Of a DNA stretch of 39,480 nucleotides, positions 17,886-27,500 are shown piece by piece. Under the pieces are notes generated by a model, which saw only the letters and a list, made by a program, of their open reading frames with translations, ran no database searches and had not been told where the DNA came from. The stretch comes from Promethearchaeota archaeon (lineage in GTDB: Archaea; Asgardarchaeota; Lokiarchaeia; Sigyniarchaeales; SOKP01). The translations under genes and the position numbers were made by a program. The stretch spans positions 1 to 39,480 of the forward strand of contig RDOA01000033.1 of NCBI GenBank assembly GCA_011364925.1, in the 5' to 3' direction. Position 1 is the first letter of the stretch. Every line of letters begins with the position of its first letter.

Positions 17886-18758
17886 TTAAAATTCAAAACC
17901 GCATTTTGTGCAAATACTTTTCTTTGCGTATTGAGGTTTGGGAATATAACTTAAAATTTTTGATTTATCCTCAACTTCCTTAATCGCAAATCCAGTAGCC
18001 CCACAATTTGGACAGATTCTTCTACCTGATCCAATTCCAGCAGCTGGACTGGGCATTGGGGTTGTACTGGGAGAAGAAGTTGGTGAGGTGCCAAATGAAG
18101 GACTACTCCCAAGAGTTGGAGATTGAGTAGTAATGCCTTGAGCTAGACTTGATGGCATTACAGCTTTAGGTTCTTTTAATTCTTGAATTCTTCTATCTTT
18201 ATAAGCTGATTCTTCTTGTAACCTGGCAATTTGATTCTGTAACGGTCCGATCTGTTGCTGTAAGTTCATATTCTCCTGTTGAACCTGTTGAAGTTGGCCC
18301 TCTAATTGGGGAATGTGAGCTTGTAGTTGTGCCTTCTCATTATTTATTTGAGAAATTTGATTTTGAAAACCCTCCATTGATGACTGAAGACTTCGAATTT
18401 GTCCCGTTAATTGGTTGATTTGATTATCCTTACTCATAAGTTGAGCATTTAAATTAGCACATTCAGCATTCGCTTGATTAACTTGGTTCTGCAATTGACC
18501 TATTTTCGTATCTCTATCTTGAACTTGAGACATCACAGCATTATAGTCTGCTTGTGTAGGACCGGTTGGGATTGCGGGTGCAGTTCCATATACTGGGGAT
18601 TCAAATGATGGTGTAGGAGGAGGTGTAGGTGGCGCCATTGTGGGAGGAGGTGTTGTAGGGGGAGGCATCGAAGGGGGAGGCATCGAAGGTGGTTGAAACG
18701 GGGGAGGACCCCTAGGCTTGTATTCGTCCTCGTCATCTCTTTCATATTCTTCCGACAT
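17886..18758 (-). CDS. Uncharacterised protein: acidic N-terminus, polyproline region, Gln-rich coiled coil, Ser/Pro/Thr linker and C-terminal Zn ribbon
   Basis: PPPFQPPSMPPPSMPPPTTPPPT; about 125 aa of heptad-like Q/N-rich sequence; CPNCG...CTKCG at the C-terminus. ATG 18758 is preferred over 18776 because GAGAAG lies just upstream. Confidence 0.8.
   Translation of the reverse strand: MSEEYERDDEDEYKPRGPPPFQPPSMPPPSMPPPTTPPPTMAPPTPPPTPSFESPVYGTAPAIPTGPTQADYNAVMSQVQDRDTKIGQLQNQVNQANAECANLNAQLMSKDNQINQLTGQIRSLQSSMEGFQNQISQINNEKAQLQAHIPQLEGQLQQVQQENMNLQQQIGPLQNQIARLQEESAYKDRRIQELKEPKAVMPSSLAQGITTQSPTLGSSPSFGTSPTSSPSTTPMPSPAAGIGSGRRICPNCGATGFAIKEVEDKSKILSYIPKPQYAKKSICTKCGFEF
18661..18690. repeat. 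15-bp tandem duplication within the polyproline-coding region
   Basis: GGAGGCATCGAAGGG followed by GGAGGCATCGAAGGT, encoding two PSMPP-type units on the minus strand. Confidence 0.8.
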
Positions 18759-18873
18759 AATTATCTTCTCTTTCATTTAATCCTAAAAATTACATTATCT
18801 GTAACTTTAATAGTGAATTTTGTTTATAAACTATGGCACAAAAAGTGATCTGCTTTTACTGGTGTGTAATGAA

Positions 18874-19959
18874 TTAAAAGCAATTCCAGTAAGGTTTTAG
18901 CGAATTCTTCAAATTAGGAATAACTTTATTGCTGATATAATTCATAACATCATTTTCAGATTCTCTAGATTTTTCTTCTATTAAATGATTGTTGTTATTA
19001 AGTACTTGAAGACAATTATAAACAGCCTTGGCTTGTTTATCTATCTCGTAACCTCCCTCAAGTGTAATTAATATTCGATCCTTAGTGTATTTTGCGGCTA
19101 ATTCTTTTATTTTTTTTAAGTAGTTTGCTGGACCTTGGTAGGTCCATCCCATATTCGTAAGTCTATCTGTCCAATGCGTATCAAATCCTGCAGAAATCAA
19201 TATGAACTCCGGTTTGAATTCTTCGCAAACTGGAGCAATAATCTCATTAAAAAATAAAATATTGGCATCATCAGCCGCTCTTGGAGGCATAGGAAAATTG
19301 ATTATTTTGCCTTCTCCTGCTCCTTTTCCAACATCATTGATAAAACCTGTTCCGGGGTATAAAGTCCTTCCATCTTGGTGTGAATCAAAGAAGACGAGTT
19401 CACCATATTCAGAACCATCGTAAAAAATATCAGAAGTTCCATTTCCAGCGTGACAATCCCAATCAATTATTGCAACTCTCTTAAAATTTTTTTCTCTAAA
19501 CAGGTATTCAGCTGCAATAGCGATATTATTAAATATACAAAAACCCGCACACTTATAAGAGTTTGAATGATGACCGGGAGGTCGAACTATCGCAAATGCA
19601 TTGGTCACTCCACCATTCAGAATACTATCAATACCGTTCAAATTTCCTCCAACACTGTATAATGAAGTTTCATAAGTTTTTGCGCATACAGCTGTGTCCA
19701 TATCTAAATTCTGAATATGTCCCGTTATTCTGGCTACTTCGCTAACTTCCTTGACCTCGTTGATTAAACTCTCTTGATGAACATATCTAATTTGTTCTAT
19801 AGTAGCCGCTCTAGGACTTATTAATTTAAAATCAGGATTTTCCAAAACTTTTTTTTCTTCTAAGAAATCCATTATTCCAATTAATCTTTCGTGTGATTCA
19901 ACATGTACTCCAATACGGTGCTCTAAATAAATAGGATCGTATACAATACCTGTATTCAT
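18874..19959 (-). CDS. Zn-dependent histone deacetylase family protein (class II/HdaH-like)
   Basis: Motifs RPPGHH, GFCIFNN, DWDCHAGNGT, YPGTG, SAGFD and LEGGY; catalytic His pair, Asp-His-Asp Zn ligands and Tyr are all present. Confidence 0.93.
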   Translation of the reverse strand: MNTGIVYDPIYLEHRIGVHVESHERLIGIMDFLEEKKVLENPDFKLISPRAATIEQIRYVHQESLINEVKEVSEVARITGHIQNLDMDTAVCAKTYETSLYSVGGNLNGIDSILNGGVTNAFAIVRPPGHHSNSYKCAGFCIFNNIAIAAEYLFREKNFKRVAIIDWDCHAGNGTSDIFYDGSEYGELVFFDSHQDGRTLYPGTGFINDVGKGAGEGKIINFPMPPRAADDANILFFNEIIAPVCEEFKPEFILISAGFDTHWTDRLTNMGWTYQGPANYLKKIKELAAKYTKDRILITLEGGYEIDKQAKAVYNCLQVLNNNNHLIEEKSRESENDVMNYISNKVIPNLKNSLKPYWNCF

Positions 19960-20096
19960 CTAAACTTCCTCTTTACTTTTAAGTTTAACATTTATTGATA
20001 TACATTTGAGGATTTAATTAATAAACTATTTATAACTTCTTATTATGTCGATTGCTAATTAAATTAAATGATCCAACAGAAATTTTTTAGATCAGT

Positions 20097-20609
20097 ATGG
20101 TTTATCGTATTAAAATTATTATTATAGGAGAACCTGGAGTAGGCAAAACTTCATTAGTGAAAAGATTTGTATCTGGTCGCTTTACCAGAGATTATCGTGT
20201 TTCAATAGGAGCTAATTTGTTTGTAAAGGAGTTAGTTTTAAATTCAGAGATCCAAGTCACAATTCAAATCTGGGATATTGCTGGTCAAGAAAAATGGGTA
20301 AAGATGAGACATTTGTATTATAAAGGAGCTCATGGCGCTTTAGTTGTTGGAGACGCTACTAGAGGAAATACTTTTAAACAGTTAAGGGAGTTTTGGCACC
20401 CAGACCTCAAACAATTTTGTGGAAAAATTCCAAGTATTTTAGTAGTAAATAAAGTAGATTTAAAACCTATGATATCTAACAGTGAGGTTGAAAATATTGC
20501 GCAAAACATCGATGTTAACGAAACCATTTTTACATCAGCTAAAAATGGTCAAAATGTTGAGAAGGCATTCCATAAAATTGCTGAAGAAATTGTTGTAAGG
20601 AAAAAATAA
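20097..20609 (+). CDS. Rab-like small GTPase (Ras superfamily)
   Basis: G1 GEPGVGKT, G3 WDIAGQE, YYKGA, G4 NKVD and G5 TSAK; no C-terminal Cys motif. Confidence 0.93.
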   Translation: MVYRIKIIIIGEPGVGKTSLVKRFVSGRFTRDYRVSIGANLFVKELVLNSEIQVTIQIWDIAGQEKWVKMRHLYYKGAHGALVVGDATRGNTFKQLREFWHPDLKQFCGKIPSILVVNKVDLKPMISNSEVENIAQNIDVNETIFTSAKNGQNVEKAFHKIAEEIVVRKK

Positions 20610-20637
20610 AAAGAAAATTCGTATTCTTTGCTAACCA

Positions 20638-21618
20638 CTATAACCCAATAACAAGTTTTACGAATTCTCGTTCTCCAGGATTTAGAAATCGTTCAAAAGC
20701 TTTTTGAATATCTCGGATTGGTATAATTTCAGAGACGAATTTATTCGCATTTATTTTTCCTGAAGAGAAAAAATCAAGAGCGCAGAGAATATCCTCACGA
20801 TCATGACCTAAAACACCCCTTATACTAACTTCCTTAGAATTCAATAGGAACATTGGAAATGATACTTTACCCTTAAACACACCCTCTAATACGATGGATC
20901 CGCCTTTCTTTATTAAATCTATTGCCATTAAAATTGAGTCCTGATTTCCAGCACAGTCAAAAATGAAGGTTGGTTCTCCATTATTTTTTAGGAATTTTTT
21001 AATTTTTGCTGGATTGGGAGGAAAAGAATCTGTTGCCCCGAATTCTATCGCCTTTTCTCTTAAAAATGCTTGCGGCTCTATCACAATAATATAATTTGGA
21101 TTTTTTTCTACTAATAAATAACTTAAGAAACATAATCCGATATTTCCAGCTCCAATAATAATAATATTTTGACTCTCAGCAATTTCACATAATTTTATAG
21201 CCCTACAAGCGTTAGCAAACGACTCAATTAAAACAGCTTCTTTTGTAGAAACAGATTCTGGTATTTTAAATAAATATTTTCTTGGAACCTTTACGAATTC
21301 AGCAAATCCTCCATCTTTAAAGATTCCCATGCCATCAAATTGTCCTTGACTAATATCCAGTGCCACATTTATTCCACATACCTTATCACCTACTTTTACA
21401 TCGCTAATTTCTGATCCTAATTCAACTACTTCTCCTGTGAATTCATGTCCCATTATTAATGGTACCTGATACATCTTAAACTTAAAATTTGTGATGTCAC
21501 TTCCACAAATTCCGCAGTAATTAACCTTGACAATTACTTCATTATTTTCCGCTATCGGTCGGGGATAATCTTCTTTATATACAATTTTTTTGATATCTTC
21601 AAAAACCGCAGCTCTCAT
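20638..21618 (-). CDS. Zn-dependent medium-chain dehydrogenase/reductase (threonine/sorbitol dehydrogenase-like)
   Basis: CGICGSD, GHEFTG, GGFAE and Rossmann GAGNIG motifs. Confidence 0.9.
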   Translation of the reverse strand: MRAAVFEDIKKIVYKEDYPRPIAENNEVIVKVNYCGICGSDITNFKFKMYQVPLIMGHEFTGEVVELGSEISDVKVGDKVCGINVALDISQGQFDGMGIFKDGGFAEFVKVPRKYLFKIPESVSTKEAVLIESFANACRAIKLCEIAESQNIIIIGAGNIGLCFLSYLLVEKNPNYIIVIEPQAFLREKAIEFGATDSFPPNPAKIKKFLKNNGEPTFIFDCAGNQDSILMAIDLIKKGGSIVLEGVFKGKVSFPMFLLNSKEVSIRGVLGHDREDILCALDFFSSGKINANKFVSEIIPIRDIQKAFERFLNPGEREFVKLVIGL

Positions 21619-21737
21619 AATTGATCATCTCAATTTTTATATGTTATTTAATTCTTTAAGAAGATAAGGATTTCAATATTTTAACATCTTAGCATTTTTA
21701 ATTTTAAAACAAGTAAAATTTAAATAAGGAATAAATT

Positions 21738-22445
21738 ATGGAAGAAAGGAAAGAAGAACACAAAGAGGGAGGAGGAAAAATCCGGAGTGCTATATTAGGA
21801 TTAAATGATGGATTAATATCTACTTTCACATTATTAGTAGGAGTTGCAGCTGCAACTATAGTCTTTAGTGGTGTTGTTATTGTCATTTTGACAGGTATTG
21901 CAGCAATGGTTTCCGGAGCCATAAGCATGGGGTTAGGTGAATATATTTCTTCTAAATCGGAGTATAACTACATAAAAAATGAAATTAAAAGAGAAAGGGC
22001 AGAAATTTCTCTGTTTCCAGAGGAGGAAAAAGCAGAAGTAAGAGTCATATTTAACAAGATGGGATTTGATGGTGATATTTTGGATGCTTGTGTTGATAAT
22101 ATAACCTCTAACGAAGATATTTGGCTAAATTTCTTAATAAAAAGCGAGTTGGGATTAGAACACCCAGAAAACCCTATTATGGGTGCACTTCTAACCTTCG
22201 TTTCGTTTGTTCTTGGAGCTTTTATCCCACTTTTTCCTTACTTTCTTAATCTAGGTTTAGCATCGTTATTCTTGTCTTCAATAATCTCATTTGGTTCTTT
22301 GTTCCTAGTTGGAATTCTAAAAACCAAAATTACAGGAGAATCTTGGATTTTAGGAGGCCTCGAAATGGTATTAATTGGTATTGTGGCTTTTATTGCTTCT
22401 TATGGTATAGGATTAGCCTTAGAGCAAATAATTCCTTCAGTGTAA
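21738..22445 (+). CDS. VIT1/CCC1 family Fe2+/Mn2+ transporter
   Basis: GLNDGL and SGAISMGLGEYIS motifs, a Glu-rich cytoplasmic metal-binding region, GAFIPLFPY, and about five TM helices. Confidence 0.93.
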   Translation: MEERKEEHKEGGGKIRSAILGLNDGLISTFTLLVGVAAATIVFSGVVIVILTGIAAMVSGAISMGLGEYISSKSEYNYIKNEIKRERAEISLFPEEEKAEVRVIFNKMGFDGDILDACVDNITSNEDIWLNFLIKSELGLEHPENPIMGALLTFVSFVLGAFIPLFPYFLNLGLASLFLSSIISFGSLFLVGILKTKITGESWILGGLEMVLIGIVAFIASYGIGLALEQIIPSV

Positions 22446-22459
22446 TTAATTGGCTCTTT

Positions 22460-23032
22460 CTAATTTAAAAATTTTTTAAAAAAAATCTGTTCATGATTGC
22501 AATTAGGACAAACTTTAGGAGGAGCACCTAATTCGACATTTCCACATATTTGACATATATAAATATCAAGATCTTTAATTGTTTCGTTATTATCAAGTTT
22601 TTTTAAGTATTCACTAAATAATTTACTGTGAATAATTTCAGCTTTTCTCGCTAGATTAAACGAGAATTCAGCTAAATATACATCATTTTTTTTTGCTGTT
22701 TTTATATATGATTTGTACATCTTCTTAAATTCAAATGTTTCACCAGAAATTGCCTGAATCAAGTTCTCTCTTGTACTTTTTACTGATTTCTTTAGTTCAT
22801 TTGTATCGTTTTTAACGAAACTGTTCAAATCTGGAGAACTATCAGTTATTTTTTCAATCGCTTTAAGATGGTTTTTTATATGAATAGCTTCCGCATTTGA
22901 AATTGCATTGAATAGTTTGCTAATCTCGTGAAATCCCTCTTTAGCTGCCTTCTCAGCAAACAGTCTATACTTAATTTCTGCGTTACTTTCCCCTAAAATC
23001 GCTTCTTTGAGATTCTCAATTACAGCTGACAT
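22460..23032 (-). CDS. rbr: Rubrerythrin
   Basis: Di-iron motifs GES, AEAIH, GETFE and AEIIH; C-terminal rubredoxin-like CQICG...CPNC. Alternative start at 23038. Confidence 0.92.
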   Translation of the reverse strand: MSAVIENLKEAILGESNAEIKYRLFAEKAAKEGFHEISKLFNAISNAEAIHIKNHLKAIEKITDSSPDLNSFVKNDTNELKKSVKSTRENLIQAISGETFEFKKMYKSYIKTAKKNDVYLAEFSFNLARKAEIIHSKLFSEYLKKLDNNETIKDLDIYICQICGNVELGAPPKVCPNCNHEQIFFKKFLN

Positions 23033-23101
23033 TAACATCCTAAAAAAATTTGAATAGAAACTGGTGATATGTAATTTAAAATTATTAATTAAATTAATTT
23101 T

Positions 23102-25282
23102 TTAGTCTTTTAATAAGGAATCAGCAGTAGTAAAAAGGGGCAAATATTTATTTTGATTTTTCTTTATTTTCTCTTGGCTTAAATTTCTAGATGAAATTTC
23201 ATCAAACAAGGATGAATCCTTTTGATATGAAAGTCTGCTATAGACTTTTGGATTTAGTTCCTTGACAAATTGTGATAAGTTTAAATCTTTAACACCTTTA
23301 AAATTTTTAATTTTTTGTGGAGATAAGAGGTATAATTTCTCTTTAGCCCTAGTTATTCCCACATAGAAAACTCTTCGTTCTTCCTCATAATCGCTAGTAT
23401 TCATTTTTACTTTATTGGAAGGGAATAAATTTTCAGATAACATAGGAATAAAAACAACCTTCCATTCTAAACCCTTTGCTCGATGTATGGTGGAAAGGGT
23501 TACAGGTGATTGATTTCCGTTATTTGATAGCCCTACTGTTTTTGTTTCGATAGTGGACTTGTTTAAGGCTAAAGCATCTAGAAAGTTTTGAATAGTATCG
23601 TAATTTTGAGAATAGATTGCAATTTGTTTTAGATCTTCTACGCGATCTTGCCAATTGGAATATTGGAGTTTCAAGTGTTTTGTTAATTGATTGATTAATT
23701 TCATAATTACTTCCTTAGATTTATCAACTTTAACAGATGTAAGAAATCCTTTTAAAAATAATAGGACTTCTTCTTGAACTCCTTTAGCTATTTTTAGATT
23801 TTGTAATTTTCGCTTAAATAAACTGTCTGATATTATGCTATTCAGTGGATCAGTCGTATTGGATAAAATATCAAACATTTTTGAAGCGATTTTTTTTCCT
23901 ACCCCTTGGAATTGTGAAAAAATTCTTGACCATGAAATTTCATCTTCTGGATTTTGAATAATTCGAAGATGGGCGAGTAAATCTTTTACATGAGCTCTTT
24001 CAAGAAAAGAAACTCCAGAATGAACTATATACGGTATATTTTGATTTTGTAATTCTAATTCTATTCGTAAAGAATGAAATCCCGCTCTATATAAAACAGC
24101 AATATCACTGAAATTGTATCCATCCTTCTGTAAATCAATTATTTTATTCGCAATGATTATTGCTTGTTGTTCGTCATTCTCCGAGATAATATGAACCGGT
24201 TTTACACCTTTTTTCCGTGTTTTTACCATTTCTTTCCTAAATTGAGATTTATTATGCTTAATAGAATCATTAGCCAGGTTTAGGATTTCAGGGACACTAC
24301 GGTAATTTTGCGTTAATTTATAAATGCGACAATTTTCAAATCGCTTTGAAAATTCCATTATATTTTGGAAGTTAGCACCCCTAAATCCGTAAATGCTTTG
24401 CGCATCATCTCCTACCACCAATATATTACCTTTTTCAGTATATTTCGATAATTTTCGGATGATTTCGTCTTGTAAATAATTTGTATCTTGATATTCATCC
24501 ACTAAGATAAAATTAAATGTAGATGCAATTCTTTGTGCCATGAATCTCTCATCTAAAAGACGATTCCAAAACACTAGCATGTCATCAAAATCAATGAGAT
24601 TGTCTTTCGCTTTTTTATTCTTATAAACTTTATATATTTCTTTGAGTTTTGAAATGATTTTAGAGTCATCATACTGGCTATATTTCCATTTTATCGTTTC
24701 ACTAATTGTTTTATTACAATTTATGGAATAGGATAAAATTTTTCTTGCTGTTTTTGGAGTTGGAAAAGAATTATTGTCAGTTTGAACTTCTGTAGCGTTA
24801 TAAGTGATTTTCATTAGAATGTTAGCGTCAGCTTCATCTATTATAATATAATTTGGTTTGAAGCCTAAAGATTCTGCATATTGTCGAAGGAATCTATTAG
24901 CGATGGAGTGAAAAGTTCCCGCCCAAATCCCTTTTGGTTTAATACCTATTAAAATTTCTACTCGTTTTATCATTTCTGTAGCAGCTTTGTTAGTGAAGGT
25001 CACTAACATAATTTCTGAAGGTTTCACATTCTCAGAGAGAAGTTTTGCTACGCAATATACAATAGTTCTTGTCTTTCCAGAGCCAGCACCAGCAATTATT
25101 AATTGCGGTCCTTTGATCTCGTTTACAACATCAAATTGTTGGTTGTTTAAATCCTTTCTAAAATCAATTTTTGACAAGCCCTCTGAAATAAGGGTTTCAG
25201 TTGAAATTGTATTATCTTCATTAAACACATCAAAAGAAATTTCTTTATTTTTTGTAGGTCTGAGATAGTCGTTTAAATTCAT
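23102..25282 (-). CDS. uvrD: SF1A UvrD/PcrA/Rep-family DNA helicase
   Basis: Motifs AGAGSGKT, TFTNKAA, GTFHS, VDEYQD, VGDDAQSIYGFRGA, NYRS, STIHRAKGLEW and EERRVFYVGITRA. Confidence 0.95.
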   Translation of the reverse strand: MNLNDYLRPTKNKEISFDVFNEDNTISTETLISEGLSKIDFRKDLNNQQFDVVNEIKGPQLIIAGAGSGKTRTIVYCVAKLLSENVKPSEIMLVTFTNKAATEMIKRVEILIGIKPKGIWAGTFHSIANRFLRQYAESLGFKPNYIIIDEADANILMKITYNATEVQTDNNSFPTPKTARKILSYSINCNKTISETIKWKYSQYDDSKIISKLKEIYKVYKNKKAKDNLIDFDDMLVFWNRLLDERFMAQRIASTFNFILVDEYQDTNYLQDEIIRKLSKYTEKGNILVVGDDAQSIYGFRGANFQNIMEFSKRFENCRIYKLTQNYRSVPEILNLANDSIKHNKSQFRKEMVKTRKKGVKPVHIISENDEQQAIIIANKIIDLQKDGYNFSDIAVLYRAGFHSLRIELELQNQNIPYIVHSGVSFLERAHVKDLLAHLRIIQNPEDEISWSRIFSQFQGVGKKIASKMFDILSNTTDPLNSIISDSLFKRKLQNLKIAKGVQEEVLLFLKGFLTSVKVDKSKEVIMKLINQLTKHLKLQYSNWQDRVEDLKQIAIYSQNYDTIQNFLDALALNKSTIETKTVGLSNNGNQSPVTLSTIHRAKGLEWKVVFIPMLSENLFPSNKVKMNTSDYEEERRVFYVGITRAKEKLYLLSPQKIKNFKGVKDLNLSQFVKELNPKVYSRLSYQKDSSLFDEISSRNLSQEKIKKNQNKYLPLFTTADSLLKD

Positions 25283-25343
25283 TTTTTTTATGAAATTTAG
25301 GTTTCTATTTAATTATTCAGAGAGCCTTCAGTATTAAACTGGA

Positions 25344-27470
25344 TCAATCATCTTTATTAGTGAATTTAATCATATTGTTTTTAGGTTCATAAAGCGTTCC
25401 TTCTTTAATTAACTCATCTATGGCGTCTTTTATCCATTTTTCATCTAAATCATCTTCAAGGCTTAGAATTTGTACAATATTCTTCTTGTCTAATGATTTC
25501 CAATTATTATTTTCAAAAATTTCTTTTAATCTACTTAACATTTTATCAAGTTTGCTAATTGAACTTCTAGACTGACCAACTAAAATACGATCCATATCAA
25601 TTTTTCCTGTAGTTTCGTCATAACCGGTATCTTTTAGGAACCTTTTAAACAATTTTATAATTTCTTCCACATCACTCTTGACTACTTTATCTCTTAAAGC
25701 CATTTTGGCATAAGCTTCGGATAAACGAACAAGTGCATCTAGATTTCTTGCAAGAATGGAGACAATCGAGTCTTCGCTGTCGTATTTCCCTCGAAGGTCC
25801 AGATAGAACTCTTTTATTACTTCTTTAGCCTCTTCAGTTAACACGGGGAAGCAAGTTCTTCTCGCATGTTTGATGTATTTCTTTAACAAATCTCCTGGAA
25901 TAGGTGCTATTGCTCCTTTTTTACTATCAAAATTGTCATCTGTTCCAATCATTGAATTTTGGAGAATAAATTCTGCCATCTGTGCGTCATCAGAAGGATC
26001 TGGCCTATCTATGACAATGAATATCAGATCAAAACGAGATAAAAGCGATGGAGGGAGATGGATATTTTGTGTAGGTGTTTTATATCGATCATATCTTCCT
26101 GAACGCGGATTTGCTGCTGCAATAATTGCAGTTTGTGCTTTTAATGTAGCTACGATACCTGCTTTGGCAATACTTACGGTTTGTTGCTCCATCGCCTCGT
26201 GTAGAGCTGATCTATCGGCAGTATCCATTTTATCAAATTCATCTATCGCTGCAACACCACCATTTGCTAAAACTATTGCCCCAGCTTCAAGATTCATTTG
26301 ACCGGTATCTGAATCTTTTATTACAGCTGCGGTTAACCCAACGGCGGTAGAGCCTTTTCCAGAAGTATATAATCCGCGAGGTGAAACTTCAATAGCGCTC
26401 TTTAGAATTTCAGATTTACCTGTACCGGGATCGCCAACAAATAGAATATGGATATCCCCTCGTTTATACCCTCCACCTGGTCGTTTTTTCCTCGTTCCTC
26501 CAAAAAGACTTAAAGCAGTGGCCAATTTCAGATCATCTCTGCCGTAAATTATTGGAGAAATAGATCTAGCTATTTTTTTCTGTATCATTGGTTCTTTAGA
26601 TAACTTTTCAATCTCTCTTTTATCTTCTTTGGATAATTCTATGAAATCATCACTCTTATCTTCGGGATCAATATAGTTAATATCGACGAAGGTTTTGAAT
26701 AATGTACTATTTATACTTTTAGTCGATTGAGCCAAAACTGATCTATATATTCCCATAAACTTAACTCTATCACCCGGTTTTACAGTGTCAACTAAATTGT
26801 AAGTCAGAATTGCTTGAATTGATCTTGGTATTCTACCAGGTGGTAAATCTTCTGGGATTTCTTGGATCATAACGCTTTGCCAGTCAATAAACTCCGAATT
26901 CTTGGAGATCAAACGAAAATCTGCTTGAGATTTTGCTTTACATCTTGAATTTGAACAAAATTTAGGCCATCTAATTTTAGAAGTGATTTGAAGCACTTCA
27001 AAACGAGCACCGCAACTCAAGCACTCAAATTCTGCTTTCACTAATTTAGGGCGTATTGTTGAACTTCTAACCAGAATTCCTTTGGTCCATACGAGATTGT
27101 CAATATGTTTTGCTCTTAATCCTCTTAAAGCGATTACTAATGGACTTTTTTCATCTTTAGTTTTTATTCTCACGAAATATTCTTGATCAGTTAATTTTCC
27201 TGCTTGAAATTTCATTACATTTTTAAAAGCCTCTGTAGCATCTTCTATTAGTTCAATAGGATTCTTTTTAAGAAGATCGGCAATATCAGGGTTAAAAGCT
27301 AGTAAATCTTCATACAAAAATATTAATATGTTACCACCTTTAGAAAAAATATCGTTTATTTGGTCTTGATACTTATATTCTCCAGGTTTTTCTTCGAATA
27401 ATCTATAGAAATCTTCAAAAGACTGTATTTTGTTAATGGGAACACTAGGACTAGTTAATGGCGTTGTCAA
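25344..27470 (-). CDS. mcm: MCM replicative helicase
   Basis: Zn finger CLSC...CSNSRC, QEIPEDLPPG, GDPGTGKS, IDEFDKM, HEAMEQQTVSIAKAG, SRFD and a C-terminal winged helix. TTG start with GAAGTGA upstream; no intein. Confidence 0.97.
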   Translation of the reverse strand: MTTPLTSPSVPINKIQSFEDFYRLFEEKPGEYKYQDQINDIFSKGGNILIFLYEDLLAFNPDIADLLKKNPIELIEDATEAFKNVMKFQAGKLTDQEYFVRIKTKDEKSPLVIALRGLRAKHIDNLVWTKGILVRSSTIRPKLVKAEFECLSCGARFEVLQITSKIRWPKFCSNSRCKAKSQADFRLISKNSEFIDWQSVMIQEIPEDLPPGRIPRSIQAILTYNLVDTVKPGDRVKFMGIYRSVLAQSTKSINSTLFKTFVDINYIDPEDKSDDFIELSKEDKREIEKLSKEPMIQKKIARSISPIIYGRDDLKLATALSLFGGTRKKRPGGGYKRGDIHILFVGDPGTGKSEILKSAIEVSPRGLYTSGKGSTAVGLTAAVIKDSDTGQMNLEAGAIVLANGGVAAIDEFDKMDTADRSALHEAMEQQTVSIAKAGIVATLKAQTAIIAAANPRSGRYDRYKTPTQNIHLPPSLLSRFDLIFIVIDRPDPSDDAQMAEFILQNSMIGTDDNFDSKKGAIAPIPGDLLKKYIKHARRTCFPVLTEEAKEVIKEFYLDLRGKYDSEDSIVSILARNLDALVRLSEAYAKMALRDKVVKSDVEEIIKLFKRFLKDTGYDETTGKIDMDRILVGQSRSSISKLDKMLSRLKEIFENNNWKSLDKKNIVQILSLEDDLDEKWIKDAIDELIKEGTLYEPKNNMIKFTNKDD

Positions 27471-27500
27471 ACAAAATCACTTCGAAATTAATTTTGATGT

